A DNA stretch of 64,000 bases. Source: Blastocystis sp. Blastoise. Lineage: Eukaryota > Protista > Bigyra: Opalinata. Every line of letters starts with the position of its first letter. Position 1 is the stretch's first letter. The DNA lies in assembly GCA_039096225.1 (NCBI GenBank), contig JBBPEB010000023.1:62001-126000 (forward strand), in the 5' to 3' direction. Both the position numbers and the translations under genes were made by a program. The notes under the pieces are model-generated. The model saw nothing but the letters and a program-made list of their open reading frames with translations. It was not told the DNA's origin and ran no database searches. Positions 1-23,766 of this stretch are shown piece after piece.

Positions 1-9390
<9,390 letters not shown>

Positions 9391-10131
9391 TGGCTTTTAA
9401 TCAAATTAATATCTTAATATAAAACCAAATTAGGAACGAACAATTCTTTATAGGATTATTTCGGATTTTTTTCATTTTTTCATTTCTATTTTTTAGAAAC
9501 AAACTAATTAAGGGGTATATATTTCGATATTGAGAAATATCTTTAATCTTTTTCGCTTTTCTTCTTTAATTTTGTCGCATTATACCCTGAATGATGAAAC
9601 ACTATTAACAGGGATATTTTTTTAAATGACCCTATTTCTTTGTCTAGTTGTCTTTCAAGAATCAAGGGGATTCTTCATATAACAGAGAATATTTCAGATT
9701 AACCAAGTGACTTTTTTTATTGGTCTATTTATGTTTAACAATAATTGATGATTGGCTAATCACTATTCTTTAGAATTCATCTCAAATCTCATCATTCTTC
9801 AGTGTTTTGTTCTCTATTTCTATTCCTATCTCCTTTCTTTTTTATCTTCTAATTCATAAAAATACTTATTTGATCCTATTTGATGTATATTTAAAATCCC
9901 AAATTAATAATTTCCAATATTTTCACTTTCATTTTCAATTCACAGAAGATCAAACAAATGAAAATTTCATCACTTGTATAAATTCAATAATATTTTAAAA
10001 ACATATAAATAAATTTTTCATAAATAAAAATAAATTTTTTTATGAATAAATGCTAAAATACTAAAATTAAAACTGGTCTCTTTACTACTTTTTGACTTTT
10101 TTTAATAAAAGTTTTAGTGAATAACTCATAA

Positions 10132-11828
10132 ATGTATTGTTCTCTATTATTCATCGTTACTTTCTCTCTATTACTTGCATGCACCATAAATTGTGGTCTG
10201 ATGGTCAATAAGAACATACATGCTAAAATCAATTATGAATTATTTACTTTAACACATACTATGAAGCCAACATATAATCAGAAATCCTTAGTGTCTATTA
10301 AACAAATAGAGAAACAAGTAGTCAAACATGATTCTGTAATCCAACCATCAAATAAAGCCATGTATATATTCTATTATTATTTGATTTTAGTCTAAAGATA
10401 CAATAGAAACAATATTACTGTATCAAGGAATGTTCAATCACAATCAAAGCCAACAATACCATCTCCAATTCAGTCTAGTAACTTTCAGAATTATTCTACA
10501 ATATTATATAGTATTTCTATTTTCTTTAAAACATATATATAAATATAATATATACTATATTTATTCCTAATTCTATTAAAATAGCTCAAATACCTATATG
10601 TACAAAAACTCGTTTACGTCTAGTTCTATTTGGAGGGTTTGGAAATCAATTCAATCTTTTCTCATTTGCTTATTTAATATCAAGCTTAGAGAAAATACCA
10701 TTAGAATGTATATTAATTTTTTATTTAATATAATTATAATTATTTAATTATAATTATTTAATTATAATAATTTATTTAATTATAATTATTTATTAACTAT
10801 AATAATTTATTTAATTACAATTATTTATTAACTATAATAATTTATTTAATTATAATTATTTAATTAATTATAATTAATTAATTACAATTATTTATTTAAT
10901 TACAATTATTTAATTAATTATATTTATATAAATAATAATTATTATATAAATAACAATTATTTATATAGTACCTGAAGATAGTGCATTTATAACACATTTT
11001 AAAATCCATGAGTTTTATAAGAATCAAATATATACATATCCACAAAAAGATCATTTGAATCAAATGAAATATTTAAATAGACGTGGATTAGAATTAAATA
11101 ATACTTATATATCCATTAATGGTATTCGTGGTTCTTCGAAATATCGGTCCTTACTTCATAATCGTACTTTATGTACTTCCATTCATGTACCTACAGTTAT
11201 TCTCTTTGGATATGAAGTACTTGGAGATCTATTTTATGAAGATCCTCAATATATACCCACTATGAAACAATTACATCTTTATTCTTCAGATATATATACA
11301 TATCAAAGTCCTACTCATCCTAATAGATATAATACATTTCTTTTACGTAATTTCTTAACACCTTCTTCTTCTATAGTTCGATTTATGAGAGATCAATTTC
11401 CTAATTATGATAACTCAACATTTATAAGTGCACATATTCGATTTGGTAGTAGTATTGCTGATTTCTCAGATAATCAAAGACGTATGGCTATTCAATCGAT
11501 GTTAAATGTTAAAAAATACTTAAAAAATTATTTATTAAAATCAAATTGTACATTTATGTATGTAGCTAGTGACTCTACTCGATTTAAAAAGTATTTAAAA
11601 CGATCTATATATTCACGGTTATTTATGCTTCCTTTACCTCAAATTGATCATACAGATCTATTACTTCATGATACAAATTCTAAAATGTCTACAACAAATT
11701 TATATGCTATTTCTGAATTACTTCTACTTACTTATGGAACAGAATGTATAGGAAGTCAATACAGTAGTTACAGTAATATTGGATGTGGAAATACTCACGG
11801 GAATGCTATATTCTTACCAATGACGTGA
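10132..11828 (+). CDS. Fucosyltransferase-like (GT-B fold) type II membrane glycosyltransferase, ~4 exons
   Basis: N-terminal signal anchor. Exon ~10584-10707 gives LRLVLFGGFGNQF. Last exon has FISAHIRFG (HxR motif I), MYVASDS (motif II) and ELLLLTYGTECIGSQYSSYS (motif III), typical of alpha-1,2/1,6/O-fucosyltransferase families. 29-nt intron at 10362-10390. Confidence 0.75.
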
Positions 11829-12396
11829 TTCTTTATATACTAAATATATATAGTTTGTGTTTATAATTATTAGTTATTTTCTTCTTTGTCTTTTATATGT
11901 ATTTATATACTTATATAAAAAGATCTTAGAAATTGTTTGTGTATTTCTATTATAACTATAATTTATTTTGCCTTCTTTCTTTTATTTATAATGTATACTC
12001 TATATTTTATAAATAATTCTTTTTTTTTTAAATTTTCAAATTCACTGTACATTATTATTCTTTTAATATATGTATATATATATTTATTATATGTACATAT
12101 TGAAAAACATATAGGATTTCACATTCTTTATTATAGTTTTCTTTGTTTAAAATCATTTTCATTTATCGATGTAACTGACTGGTCATTTAAATAAAATATA
12201 TTATTTAATTCTGATGATTCTATTATTATATAAAGTTAATTAATTATTAAAAGTCATTATATACAAATAAAAGATATTTAAAATAATATTCTTATAGAAT
12301 ATATATGTTTGATAATAAAATAAAAGAGTTATTTTATAGCAAAAAAAATATATAGAAACTAAAAGCAATTGAAACGTATATTAACCAATAAAAGAT

Positions 12397-14710
12397 TTAT
12401 AGGAATCGGACATATTGAGGTATATCAATATATACTTGATATAAAAAGAGTTCATTTTTCATTTCAAAGCAAAGAGATAATATTTGTTGATAAGGTATGG
12501 CTAATAAATAAGATATTTCGATAATAGAATATTCTTCCACTAAATATGGATAGCAAAGACATAATAGAGAATAAAAAGGTTTATTTATATATTTGTTAAT
12601 CACAGATTTATCATTCTTAATATTTGTATTTTGAATAGTGTTTATTTGTGTTTTAAGAGAATTCGATAATTGTTCTGTTTCTAAGGAGAGATGTAATAGA
12701 TTATACGAATCTGGAGATTCAGGAGAATTGAATGAAGAATTATAAGAAGATACATATGTAGGTGCAAACAGAGTAGAAGTAGAAGAAACAAGATAATGCA
12801 CATATATATATAAGGGACGTAAACAACCATATTGATAAAGTAAACACTATAGGGATATATATAAATTATAATTATATATATATATATATTTAATGATATA
12901 TATATATATGTTTAATGATATATATATATATGTTTAATGTGACTATTCCTGAAGGTATAAAGGTAAGAAAAAAAATTAAAATGAATTAATAATATAATAA
13001 ATAGAATATATATAATACATATAATAAATAGAATATATATAATACATATAATAAATAGAATAAATAAAATAAAATAAAATAAAATATAACCTACAGTAGC
13101 ATCAGTAAATAGTTTCTTTTGGTCCACTGACATTTCTACGGTTATTTCTTCAATTGTCAGTCCTTTTGTGAATTTACTTAGAAATAAATGAAACGAACAT
13201 AATTCTTTAAATTGATTATTATATTTATTTTCAACTTCTGTCAATTTAGAAAAATCTAATTTGTGAGATAACTATATATATATAATAATATTAATTAAAT
13301 ATACTAAAAAGTCAAATATATATAAAATCAATAATAATAAATATAATAATAAAAAATAACTTCTATATATAAATAATAGTAATAATATACAACAAGTTGT
13401 GTATCTTTATTAAGAACATAAATGAGTTCTGCATATCCTGTTTGTATAGTAATTAATGCTATATAATATAAGTCTTCTATACATATACATAATAATTCAG
13501 ATATATATTCAAAGGAAACTAAAGGAGTGACAGCATTTAAGAATTGTCTAAATTTAAGTGTTTGAAAAATAGGCATGGATTGAATAATATTAGGAAACGA
13601 AGGAGATAAAAGAAGTGTATGATAAGGTTTGAATTCATTTATCGATATAGATTGAAATGGATATAAATAGGGAGAAATAGTATTCTCTTTGGAATTAATT
13701 GATTGGATAGTATCTATTTGTGAATAATGATTCGATTCGTCATCAGTATCATTTGTATATTTTAATGGTACAAAATTATTTAGAGGAAATGTATAAGAAA
13801 ATAATAACGTATTATTAATAATAAGGGATACATTATGATAATAATTTAAAGAAGAAAAAAGTGTATAGAAAAGAGATGCTAAAGAAGAAGATTCTAGGCT
13901 TCGATCTACTATAATTTGACTATCTATATATATTATATGATTTTTATTTTAACATAATAGTTATTCGAATAGAAGAGGAATTATATAATATATTATATAT
14001 AATATATATACCCGTAAATGAACCATTTTTATTAGAAAAGTTCATTTGTTGATATATACTATCAAGTATAAGAGTCTGTTTGGTTAAATAATTTGAATTC
14101 TTTTCTTCTATTGATAATAATGTTACTAACTATAGAATAATAATAATAATAATAATAAACATTATTTACATAATATAAACATAATAATAAATATAATAAA
14201 AAAATATTAAACATATAAAAAACACAATAAAAAACACAATAAACAAAAATATATACCTGAGCTAAACATGAATTAATAGAATCTCGTTTAAAACAATCGT
14301 TGGCTATAGAGAAATCAACAAAGAATGAAACAAGGAATCTCGTTTGCTTTTCATTTTCGGTATCTAGTATAATTTTCTTATGAAGAATAAAAAAATCATT
14401 ATCAACAGCCAACATAATCTCTTTTTTCTGCTTGAAAAATAACCCACATATTGATTGAACATCATTTAATAGATTTTGAGGCTCATCTTCAGATATCTCA
14501 TAGGATCGACGATAAAAGTATTTGACTGGATACTCAAAAAGAATTCTATAAAAAAGGAATTGCCAAATAATAAATAAAAATAATCATACTTCGTTCCTGA
14601 TTGATTATCATTTGATGACTAAAGAAAGGAAATAGTATTATCACATAAGTTTAAATAGTTTTTACGAATAATATGCCATGAAGAATGGGCTTTATTTGGT
14701 TTGTACTCAT
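12397..14710 (-). CDS. NPRL3: GATOR1 subunit NPRL3/Npr3-like, multi-exon
   Basis: Spliced N-terminus ILHGILFSSNDNQSGTKILFEYP resembles NPRL3 SVILVSSGSRGNKLLFRYP. IEEKNSNYLTKQTLIL resembles HEERRCQYLTREAKLIL. SLIINNTLLFSYTFP, FKPYHTLLL and LYYIALITIQTGYAELIYVL also match remembered NPRL3 blocks. Confidence 0.78.
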
Positions 14711-15522
14711 TTTATGTAATACTGTTTAAATAGTCTCTATCTTTGTGAATGAATAACACTAAATAATTATTAATTTTGATAGTTTAACTATTCAAAAAGA
14801 ATAAAACACAATTCTTTATTCATTTCTTCTGAAATTTGTTTTATAAGAACTGAATAACGGATCTTTTTTGTTGATTCGCGTTGATTTTATTGTTGAATCA
14901 TTTTGTTGAAGATATGATTTTTATTGCTATAAGTTCAGCTTTGGATTATTAAGCGTATTATAGAGGGTAGATATGAAATGCTAGAATTCTGTATAAGAAA
15001 CTTTAATGTATAATCATCCTATATTTCTTAACTAATTTTATAAAAATATTCTTTCCGTGATTACATATTTTGTGTATAATACAAAAATATAATTATATAT
15101 GGTATTGAATCCAGGATAAGTAATATATTATGATAATTCTTTAATTGATTCGCTAAATCTTGATTCTGTGTGAATAAAATGCTTGAGGATAAAGCAGTGA
15201 AACTCGTTGAATAAATATAATGTATTCTGATGAAGAAAATGAAAAACTATTATTTAAAAAAAAATATTTTTCTAGTGGCATTCGTATTTCATGGACCAAT
15301 AAAAAGTATTATTTTAAATTTAAATAAAAAGACAACAATTAACTTGAAAAAACATATAAATTCTACATAAAATAAATAAATATAAGGAAAAATATAAAAA
15401 AATAAAAATATTATGAAATATATATATATATATATATATAAATAAAATCGAGAAACTATTATTATATTTGATTGTGTATAACTAATAAATAGTATATATA
15501 TATAGTTGACATAAATATTTCT

Positions 15523-16388
15523 TTATAATTCTTGTTCAATTGAATGAATATAATTATCTGTACATAAACACGGGGATGTCATTGTAGCTTCATATACACA
15601 ACTACTTGGTTCACGAATATCTATAATTTCCTCCTTATTCCCGCAAATAAAATTGACTTTTAACGATCTAGCAGGTCCATTCCAACATGTGGCACCATTC
15701 TCATAGAGTAATATATACTCCTTCTCATCCTTAGACCAGGGCTATTTAGAGGAGAAGAGGGAGATATATATTGAGTTAATCATAGAAGTTAATAATAGTA
15801 GTTAATAAACAATAAAATAAAATAAATAATATTAATAAATGTAATCAATAAAAGAATAATATTAATAATAAAAAAATAATAAAATAAATAAAAAATAAAA
15901 AATAAAAATAAATATAAAAAAAATTAAAAAATAAAATTAAAAAAAAAAAATAAAAATTCAATATATATATATATATATACCTTCCAATGTCCTAAAGAAG
16001 TCGAATCTTGTGATGCATCTTCAAATAAACAAACTTTATATATATATTGACCGACTTTCAATTCTTTACATTGTTTTTCTTGAGACATTAAGCAAATTCC
16101 CATGGGACCATACGCTTCTTTAACACCATCTTCTATAGTCGATATAAATTTATTTAATACATTTTGATTTTCTTTTAACTTTTCTTCAATACTCATGAAT
16201 ATATTGGTGATATCCCTTGGAGGCAAAGCCATATTCCCAGGGAAATAATATTGCTTCCAAAAAGAGGAAGAGAAGAAGAATGACGCAGGAAGTGTCGATA
16301 ACGTGAAATTATAAGGTATTTTTGTAGATATATATTGATCATAATCTTTCTCTTTATATACTGGAGTTGCTATATATATAATAATAAT

Positions 16389-16479
<91 letters not shown>

Positions 16480-18876
16480 TATAATGAACAATATATATGT
16501 AATAAATAATATATATGTAATAAATAATATATACATATATATATAAATATTCATAAAACAATTATATATATATACAATATCCGTAATGATGAACGATAGT
16601 TGTGACTCCACTTTCAATGCCGCGATATAATAAATAAAGGGGTAAACTAACGACAGAGAATGTAATAGTATCAATGAACTCAGGTACAGATAAATAAGTC
16701 AACTATAATTGTATATATAATATAATAATATAATATAATATAAAACAATCATATATAATGAAAAGAAAATAAACATATATATATATACATTTTTCTTTAT
16801 TTGTTGTTGAATTTCTGTGGGAATTTCTGGTTTAGTAACCGTCATATAATCTTGTATACTTACAGCTCTATTCCATCCATTTATATATATATATCCTTCT
16901 TTTGTTGTATGAAGTAATAACTATTATATATATAATAATAATAATAATATAAAAAGAATAAAAAATACAAAGAATGATTCATAATAATAAATATATAATT
17001 ATATAATATACATCTAATTCATAATCTTCATATTCTTCTTTTTCTTCTACTTTTGGTATATATATAGTCCATTCTTGTTTGGAATCACGTGATATATACT
17101 CGTCGTATTGAGTATCATCATAAAATTCATAAGAATATTTTTTAGAATATTGTTTTATAGGCATGTGTTTCTCGTTATATTCCGTTTGTTCGTACGATGG
17201 TACACTTTGTTCGTTATAGAATGAATTAGTTATTTCTTGATTTGAGGGATTATTATAGTCTTCATGTTCATCATCATAATCGTCATAAGGTTCGTCATCA
17301 TGATATGGAACATAATCATCATCTTCATCTTGATAATGATATGATTCTACGTTATCAGCATAAGGATCATCGTCATCATAAGCATGTGTATCGACGGAGG
17401 CTGTGTCATCTTCATTTATATTATTATTTGTAGTTTCAGTATTTATATTCTCTTCATTTATATTATTATTTGTAGTTTCAGTATTCATATTTTCTTCATT
17501 TATATTATTATTTGTAGTTTCAGTATTTATATTCTCTTCATTTATATCATTATTAATATCTTCATTCATATTATTATTAACATTATCTTCATTTATATTA
17601 TTATTCTCAATATTATTATCAATATTATTCTCTATATTTTCATTCATATTGATATGAACTTCATTAGTATCTTCTTCATTCATATTCATATGAACTTCTT
17701 CATTAGTATTTTCTTCATTCATATTATTCTTCATATTCAAATTTTCTTCATTTTCTTTCTTATCACTTTGATTCATATCAATCGAATTACTTTCAGTAGA
17801 TATTTCATTTGTATCTACTTGAATCTCATTGGATGAAGAAGAAATAGTGTTTTCATCAATAGGAACAGCATTAGAGTCATCATTAGGAATATTTTCATTA
17901 CAATTATTATCCGTACAATTATCACCATTTGTGTTTTCTGAAGGGAAAGGGTTCTTTACAGGGAAACGAAATAGTGTTACATCTGGAGTTTCCCCTCTCA
18001 TTCTTAGAAGATTCTTATAATAATAATGTGATAACTCAATATCAATTTTATGCTCTTCTTCATATCGTTCTATATATATAAAAATATAAATATATAAATA
18101 TATATATAAATAAATATATGTCTAATTAAAAATATAAAACAAAAATAATTTATAAACCAACTATATCCTAACATATATATATATATTTAATATAAAAAAT
18201 AATATATACCATGAATTGATTTAATATAATTCGTTAATTCTTTTTGTATTTCATAAGCTTTATGTAAAATACCAGCGGATCTCATTTGTGTATGTTTCTC
18301 TTCTATTTCCTGTAATCTCTCCTTCATAATAGTATTACCTTCTTTAGCAATTGTCAAACGACTAGTAACTTCTTCTATATGCTTGTCATTTAAGAACTAG
18401 AGTCATAAATAGTTAAATTAATATATATATAACAATACACATAGAATATATGAAAATGTGATATTTTACAAATATAGCAACAAATACATACTTTACAAGT
18501 ATTTTCGCATCCAATAGATTCATCCTCGTCACTTCCATCGCAACAATCACATATTCCATCATGATATCTGGATGAATGAATTTGAATGTTTTTATATCCT
18601 TCATTAATACAAGTGAACATTTGATTTTGAATATGAGAACAGGCGGATGTGTTCGGTTCATCTTTTCCATCAAACCAGCAATCACAGAAATCATCATTAA
18701 TATGATCCTTAGACACTTCGATAAGTTCCTGGTTTTCATCTAAACAGAAGATAGAATTGTTTTCTGTCTCTTTACTCCAACAATGCACAATAAACAGACC
18801 TACAAGGATGCTTTATAGGAAAATAAGATATTATAATACATATAAAAAATGTTGATATTAAGTAAAAATGCTTCAT
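15523..18876 (-). CDS. PRKCSH: Glucosidase II beta subunit (PRKCSH-like), multi-exon
   Basis: Signal peptide MKHFYLISTFFICLFIVHC. LDLa-like INDDFCDC..DGKDEPNTSAC..YHDGICDCCDGSDE. Acidic/Asn-rich middle. C-terminal MRH domain YENGATCWNGPARSLKVNFICG..EPSSCVYEATMTSPCLC. Ends IEQEL*. Confidence 0.92.
17410..17600 (-). repeat. Coding 42-bp minisatellite (INEENINTETTNNN x3) in glucosidase II beta
   Basis: Three near-identical tandem units visible in the DNA and in ORF 16979..18001. Confidence 0.85.
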
Positions 18877-19378
18877 TACTCTATTATGGTCATGAAAAGA
18901 ATATGTATTCTTTTTTATTTTTTCAGCTTCTTTTTCCTTGAGGAAAACCGAAAATTCAGAGAAAAACCAACAGTTTTCAGATCATTTATTTGTTTCTTTG
19001 ATAAGTTCCTATTGTCTTTTCTAAATACTATAAAATACTTATGTTTCGGTTTTAAACATATATTAGTTTTCTTAAATTAAGTTTTGATTCCTATATGGAG
19101 ACTATTTTGTTGACACAAAGATGAAATGTCATTTTAATCTTGTTTTTAAGTGATAAATAATGCAATAAAACCTCTGTGTATATGATAAATAATTGAATTA
19201 ATAGACTTAAAAAATAAAATGGTCATAACGAAAAAAGAAGAGAATAACTACATAGATACTCGATTGATTATTATATAACATTATGAAAACAACAAAAAAA
19301 GGGAAGAAATATTAAAAAAAAAAGAAGAAAAAGAGAAAAAAAATAGTTTTAATGAAAATGTGTTTAAAAAATATATAG

Positions 19379-20915
19379 TTATTCATCAGATTTCATACGT
19401 TTTGCATTTATAGAATCTGAGTCCTCGTGCACACTGGTATCTCGTTTCTCTGCTATAGTAGAATGTTCTGAATTATTAATATATACTTGAATAACATCCA
19501 TCCATTGTTTTACATATATGTATTTCTTTGCTAAATGAAAAAAAGGTTTTATAGATTGCGACGTAATATATTGAACTAATGGGCTCTAAATATATGTAGA
19601 AAAGTAGGAAAAAAGAATTTCTTTTTTAATATATATATAGAAAAGATATTTAATTAGATAAATATAAATATGTATACTATATTTAATTAGATATAAATAA
19701 ATATGTATAATAAATAATTAGATATACATTATTTGAGAATTGAATTACTTTCTTTGCTTGTCTTTCAAGGCTGGCATCATCCAATCGATTCGCTTTACGA
19801 CCAAAAATAAAGAATGAACCTATATAATGATAATAATTATAATTATTATTAGGTTATTATTAATGAATAATATATATATATATATACCTAATAAATAGTA
19901 TGTATTAAGAAATAATTCACGATTATTTAATAAAGGTAATAAGGTATCTACAAAGATATCTATTATTTGAATAGGAAATGTTATCTATATATGAATAATA
20001 ATAATAAAATTATTATTATTATTTATTAAGTAATAATAATTAGATTAATAAATATTATAATAATAAACAATAATAAATAATAATAATACAAATAAAACAA
20101 ACATAATAAACATAATAAATATAATAATATACTCCTGAGTATAATATGGTTACATAAATAGATTTCATCCATTGCCAGTCAAGAGATAATAGTGTTTCTT
20201 GTAGAGAAACACATTGAGTTAAGAAGAAACGAATACATTTTATATAGATAGGTATTAATAACTTGGAATTTAATATATTATTGTCATTATTTGTATTGGT
20301 ATTATTTAATAATTTTGAATAATCAAATAATACCATATATAAACATATAAATAGAAGATGACGACATATATAATTAGTATTACATAACTGAAGAATCTAT
20401 ATACATATATATAATATTTACTTTATAATAAATGAAAAAAAAAAATATTAATAATTATATTATAAAAAAAAGTAAATGATTTATATATATATATATATAC
20501 ATTTTCCGAGAGATGAATAGCGTCTAATTCTTTGCTTCGAACTTCGGAAAAGAATGTATATAGAATTTCAATCATAGATTGTATATCTTTATTAATTTCT
20601 ATTGTATATACAATTGTATTTAACTAGATAATAATATATATTAATATTTAATTAAATAAAACAAGATAAATAAAAATATATTCAATTCTATATATATACA
20701 TTTTTTGATTTGATAATAAAATCTTTATAGTTATACATAAAGGATAATAAATGTATATAACATTCCATTTCTTTATCTATCTGATTCCCTTGGAAAAGCG
20801 GACTTTTCTGCATAGCGGCATTATATAGATTCTTCGCTACACAACGCAATAAGGATGGATAGAAATTATCATGAAATAATATAGTAATAACATCAATAAG
20901 AAAAGGAAGGGAAAG

Positions 20916-20953
<38 letters not shown>

Positions 20954-23024
20954 CTTTATTATTATCTTTATTATTATCTTTATTATCTTTATTATTATCT
21001 TTATTATCTTTATTATTATCTTTATTATCTTTATTATCTTTATTATCTTTATTATCTTTATTATCTTTATTATCTTGTTTTAAATCATTTCCTTTGAAAG
21101 TAGTTGATTTTGTAGATTTGCGATCTTTATTTTTAGATATATTACTATTGATACTATTATTATCGCTTTTATTATTGGTATTTCCAGGTTCTTTTTTCAC
21201 GGGAATTCCTTTTGTTGAATGAGAAGATCCTGATGGCTATATATATATATAATTATAAATAATAATAATAAGTGAATATAATAAGAACTATAATAATAAC
21301 TATAATAATAAAATAATATAACTATAATAATACTATATATACCTTATTATCAACAAGATCATTATATTTCTTTTCATATTTTTTAATAATTGGTTTTGTT
21401 TTCATTTCAAATTCTTGAGTATATATATATACAGATTCTCCTTCTTTATTATATATATAGGCATTTGTTAATATTTGTTTATAATCTTTTATTAATTCTC
21501 CAAAATTATTATATTTATAAATACTTTGTTGCATCTTTTGAAAGCACATTGGTCTTTTTACATATTCAAAATAACTAGGTGCAATATCTTCAGTAACTGG
21601 AACCATAAATACGAAGGAACTGTCTTCTTTTTGTAAATCTTTAATACATGATGCATATAATCTAGAGATTGTAGGTCTCATAGATTCTTTAGGAGCTATA
21701 GAAGAAGAAGAAGATTCTCTTGATTTTTCTTCTTTTTTTATTTTAATAGTAGTAGTAGTAGTAGCAGAAGTATCTCTTTTAGAACTCTCTTTATTATTAT
21801 CTTTATTATTTTCTTTATTTTCTTTATTATTATCTTTATTATCTTTATCTTTATTATTATTAATATCTTTATTATTATTAATATCTTTATTATTATTAAT
21901 ATCTTTATTATTTGTAGATATTGAACAATTTGAAAGAATAAAATTATATAAGGATTGTATGCTTGTAAAAGAAATATCTGTTAAAGAATTAAATATATAT
22001 AAGAATGTACTAAATAAATTACAATTCATATTTTTATAAGATAAAGAAGAGAATTCTTTTGTAATTTGATATCGTAATGTAATATATTGATAAGGAGGAA
22101 TAGTATATTGCAAAGATTCTACAGGCAATAATAAAGAATATATATAATCTAACAAATAACTAGATAATATTATATCTTTTCCGTATAATGTCTGAAAATT
22201 CTTATAATACTGAAAAGAATTCAATCTATAATAATAATAAAAATCAAGATACTTGTATATTTATATATAAACTATTCAATCAACTAAAAGAACAATAATA
22301 ATAATTTCAATATATACTCAAAAAATTAAAAAAATATATATAAATTATAAATACTAATATATATATAATTAAATAAATAAATAAAAAAAAATACTTTTCA
22401 TTTTCTCCCCATATTTTTGATGATGATTTGAATGGACATATACAAATATTTGTATTTAAAGATTGATTTTTATATACATCTATATCCTTCGTTAATAAAG
22501 AAATAAAGAATGTTTTATTCTTCTCATATAATTTGATTTTTATAGATTGAGATAATGAAGGAAACATTTGGATGTGATCACACAAATACTCACATTTCTT
22601 ATTATCAATATCAACAGTATTCAGTAAATGCATGACTACTGACTGTAATTCTGGATAACAAATATATGGAAAATATTCATCTAATAAAACTTGTTTTTTC
22701 TCAGTACTTGCATTATCAATCGCAATTAATAACTTATTCTTAATATTTTCACATATGGATCGAGTAATATCAGATCTTTGAATGCCAAATAACTCTAGAA
22801 AAGGAAGAATGGCAGTCAAAGCTTCATCATGGAGAACCAAATTTGTCTTTTGAATAGATTGAACCATCATTTTAATATCATCGTTACTATATTTAAAACC
22901 ATTAGAATATTATTTTTTGAAAATTACACTTAAAAACAATAACATACTTGAACCATTCTCTCAATTGTTCTATGCCTGCACTTCTTGGCTTCAATGTATA
23001 ATCACGCTTCTCTTCTGAATCCAT
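19379..23024 (-). CDS. NELFB: NELF-B/COBRA1-like protein with an internal bromodomain, multi-exon
   Basis: ATG at 23024. SIQKTNLVLHDEALTAILPFLELFGIQRSDITRSICENIKNKLL and LLDEYFPYICYPELQSVVMHLL match the NELF-B N-terminus (FQTENGVLLPSLQSALPFLDLHGTPRLEFHQSVFDELRDKLL; LLEKSFSLVKMPSLQPVVMCVM). YITLRYQI resembles YCTLRAEL. Bromodomain FMVPVTEDIAPSYFEYVKRPM..ILTNAYIYN at ~21400-21660. Stop after AKRMKSDE. Confidence 0.78.
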
Positions 23025-23766
23025 AAAAAAGCATAAACTGTGAATTTAATAAGAATTTCCTTTTTAAAAGAGGAAAACAATTCTTCAATTTAAAAACTAG
23101 ATATTCACGATTCTTTTCATTTTTAAACTTGATTCAACTCTTTTTTCAAAATTTTTTTTTTTTTTGTAAAGTTCCTGAATTCCCTTGTATTCATATATAA
23201 TCCATAATGACAATCTCAACCATGTAAAAAATCATTCAATACATAATAAACATTCCATTCTAGGTTCATAATGTCTAAATAATGATTTCTACAATTCCTC
23301 CAATTCAGTCATGAATGATATTCTCAACCAAAAGTAGATGAATGAAGATCATTAAATCAACTCAAATTAGTTCAAATAAATACTATTATTGGTATTAAAA
23401 CACTGAAAATACATTAAATAATACAAACTGAATTATTCATGGTTATTTCATTTCAGATCAAAATAAAATGGATTTAGAAACCATCAAAATTGAAGCAACG
23501 GAATTCAATGAATATTATTCCCTATAGAATGTATGACAGAGATTTTCTCTATTGTTCATGTATTATTTCTTATATGATTGGTTTAATAGTTCTTTGCCTA
23601 TATACTATTATGAAAAACAAGCAAAATCATTCTATTTCTCTATTCTAGAGACATATATAGAACTCTATATATTGTGTTTTCATAAGTAAACAATATTAAG
23701 GTCTTCCACAAAGAATAATTTAGAATGGATTATAAATATTTATTTTATTCAAAACAGTTGTAAATA

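Noticed and set aside
9583-9620. CCCTG..ATGATGAAAC..CAGGG hairpin resembling a hammerhead core or a C/D snoRNA box C
   Set aside because: There is no stem II between CUGA-N-GA and GAAA and no downstream CTGA box D, so support is insufficient.
11820-11870. Polyadenylation-created stop codons (TGTTTGTT-linked, as known in Blastocystis)
   Set aside because: All complete genes reconstructed here have encoded stops; only loose TGTTT-like tracts were seen downstream.
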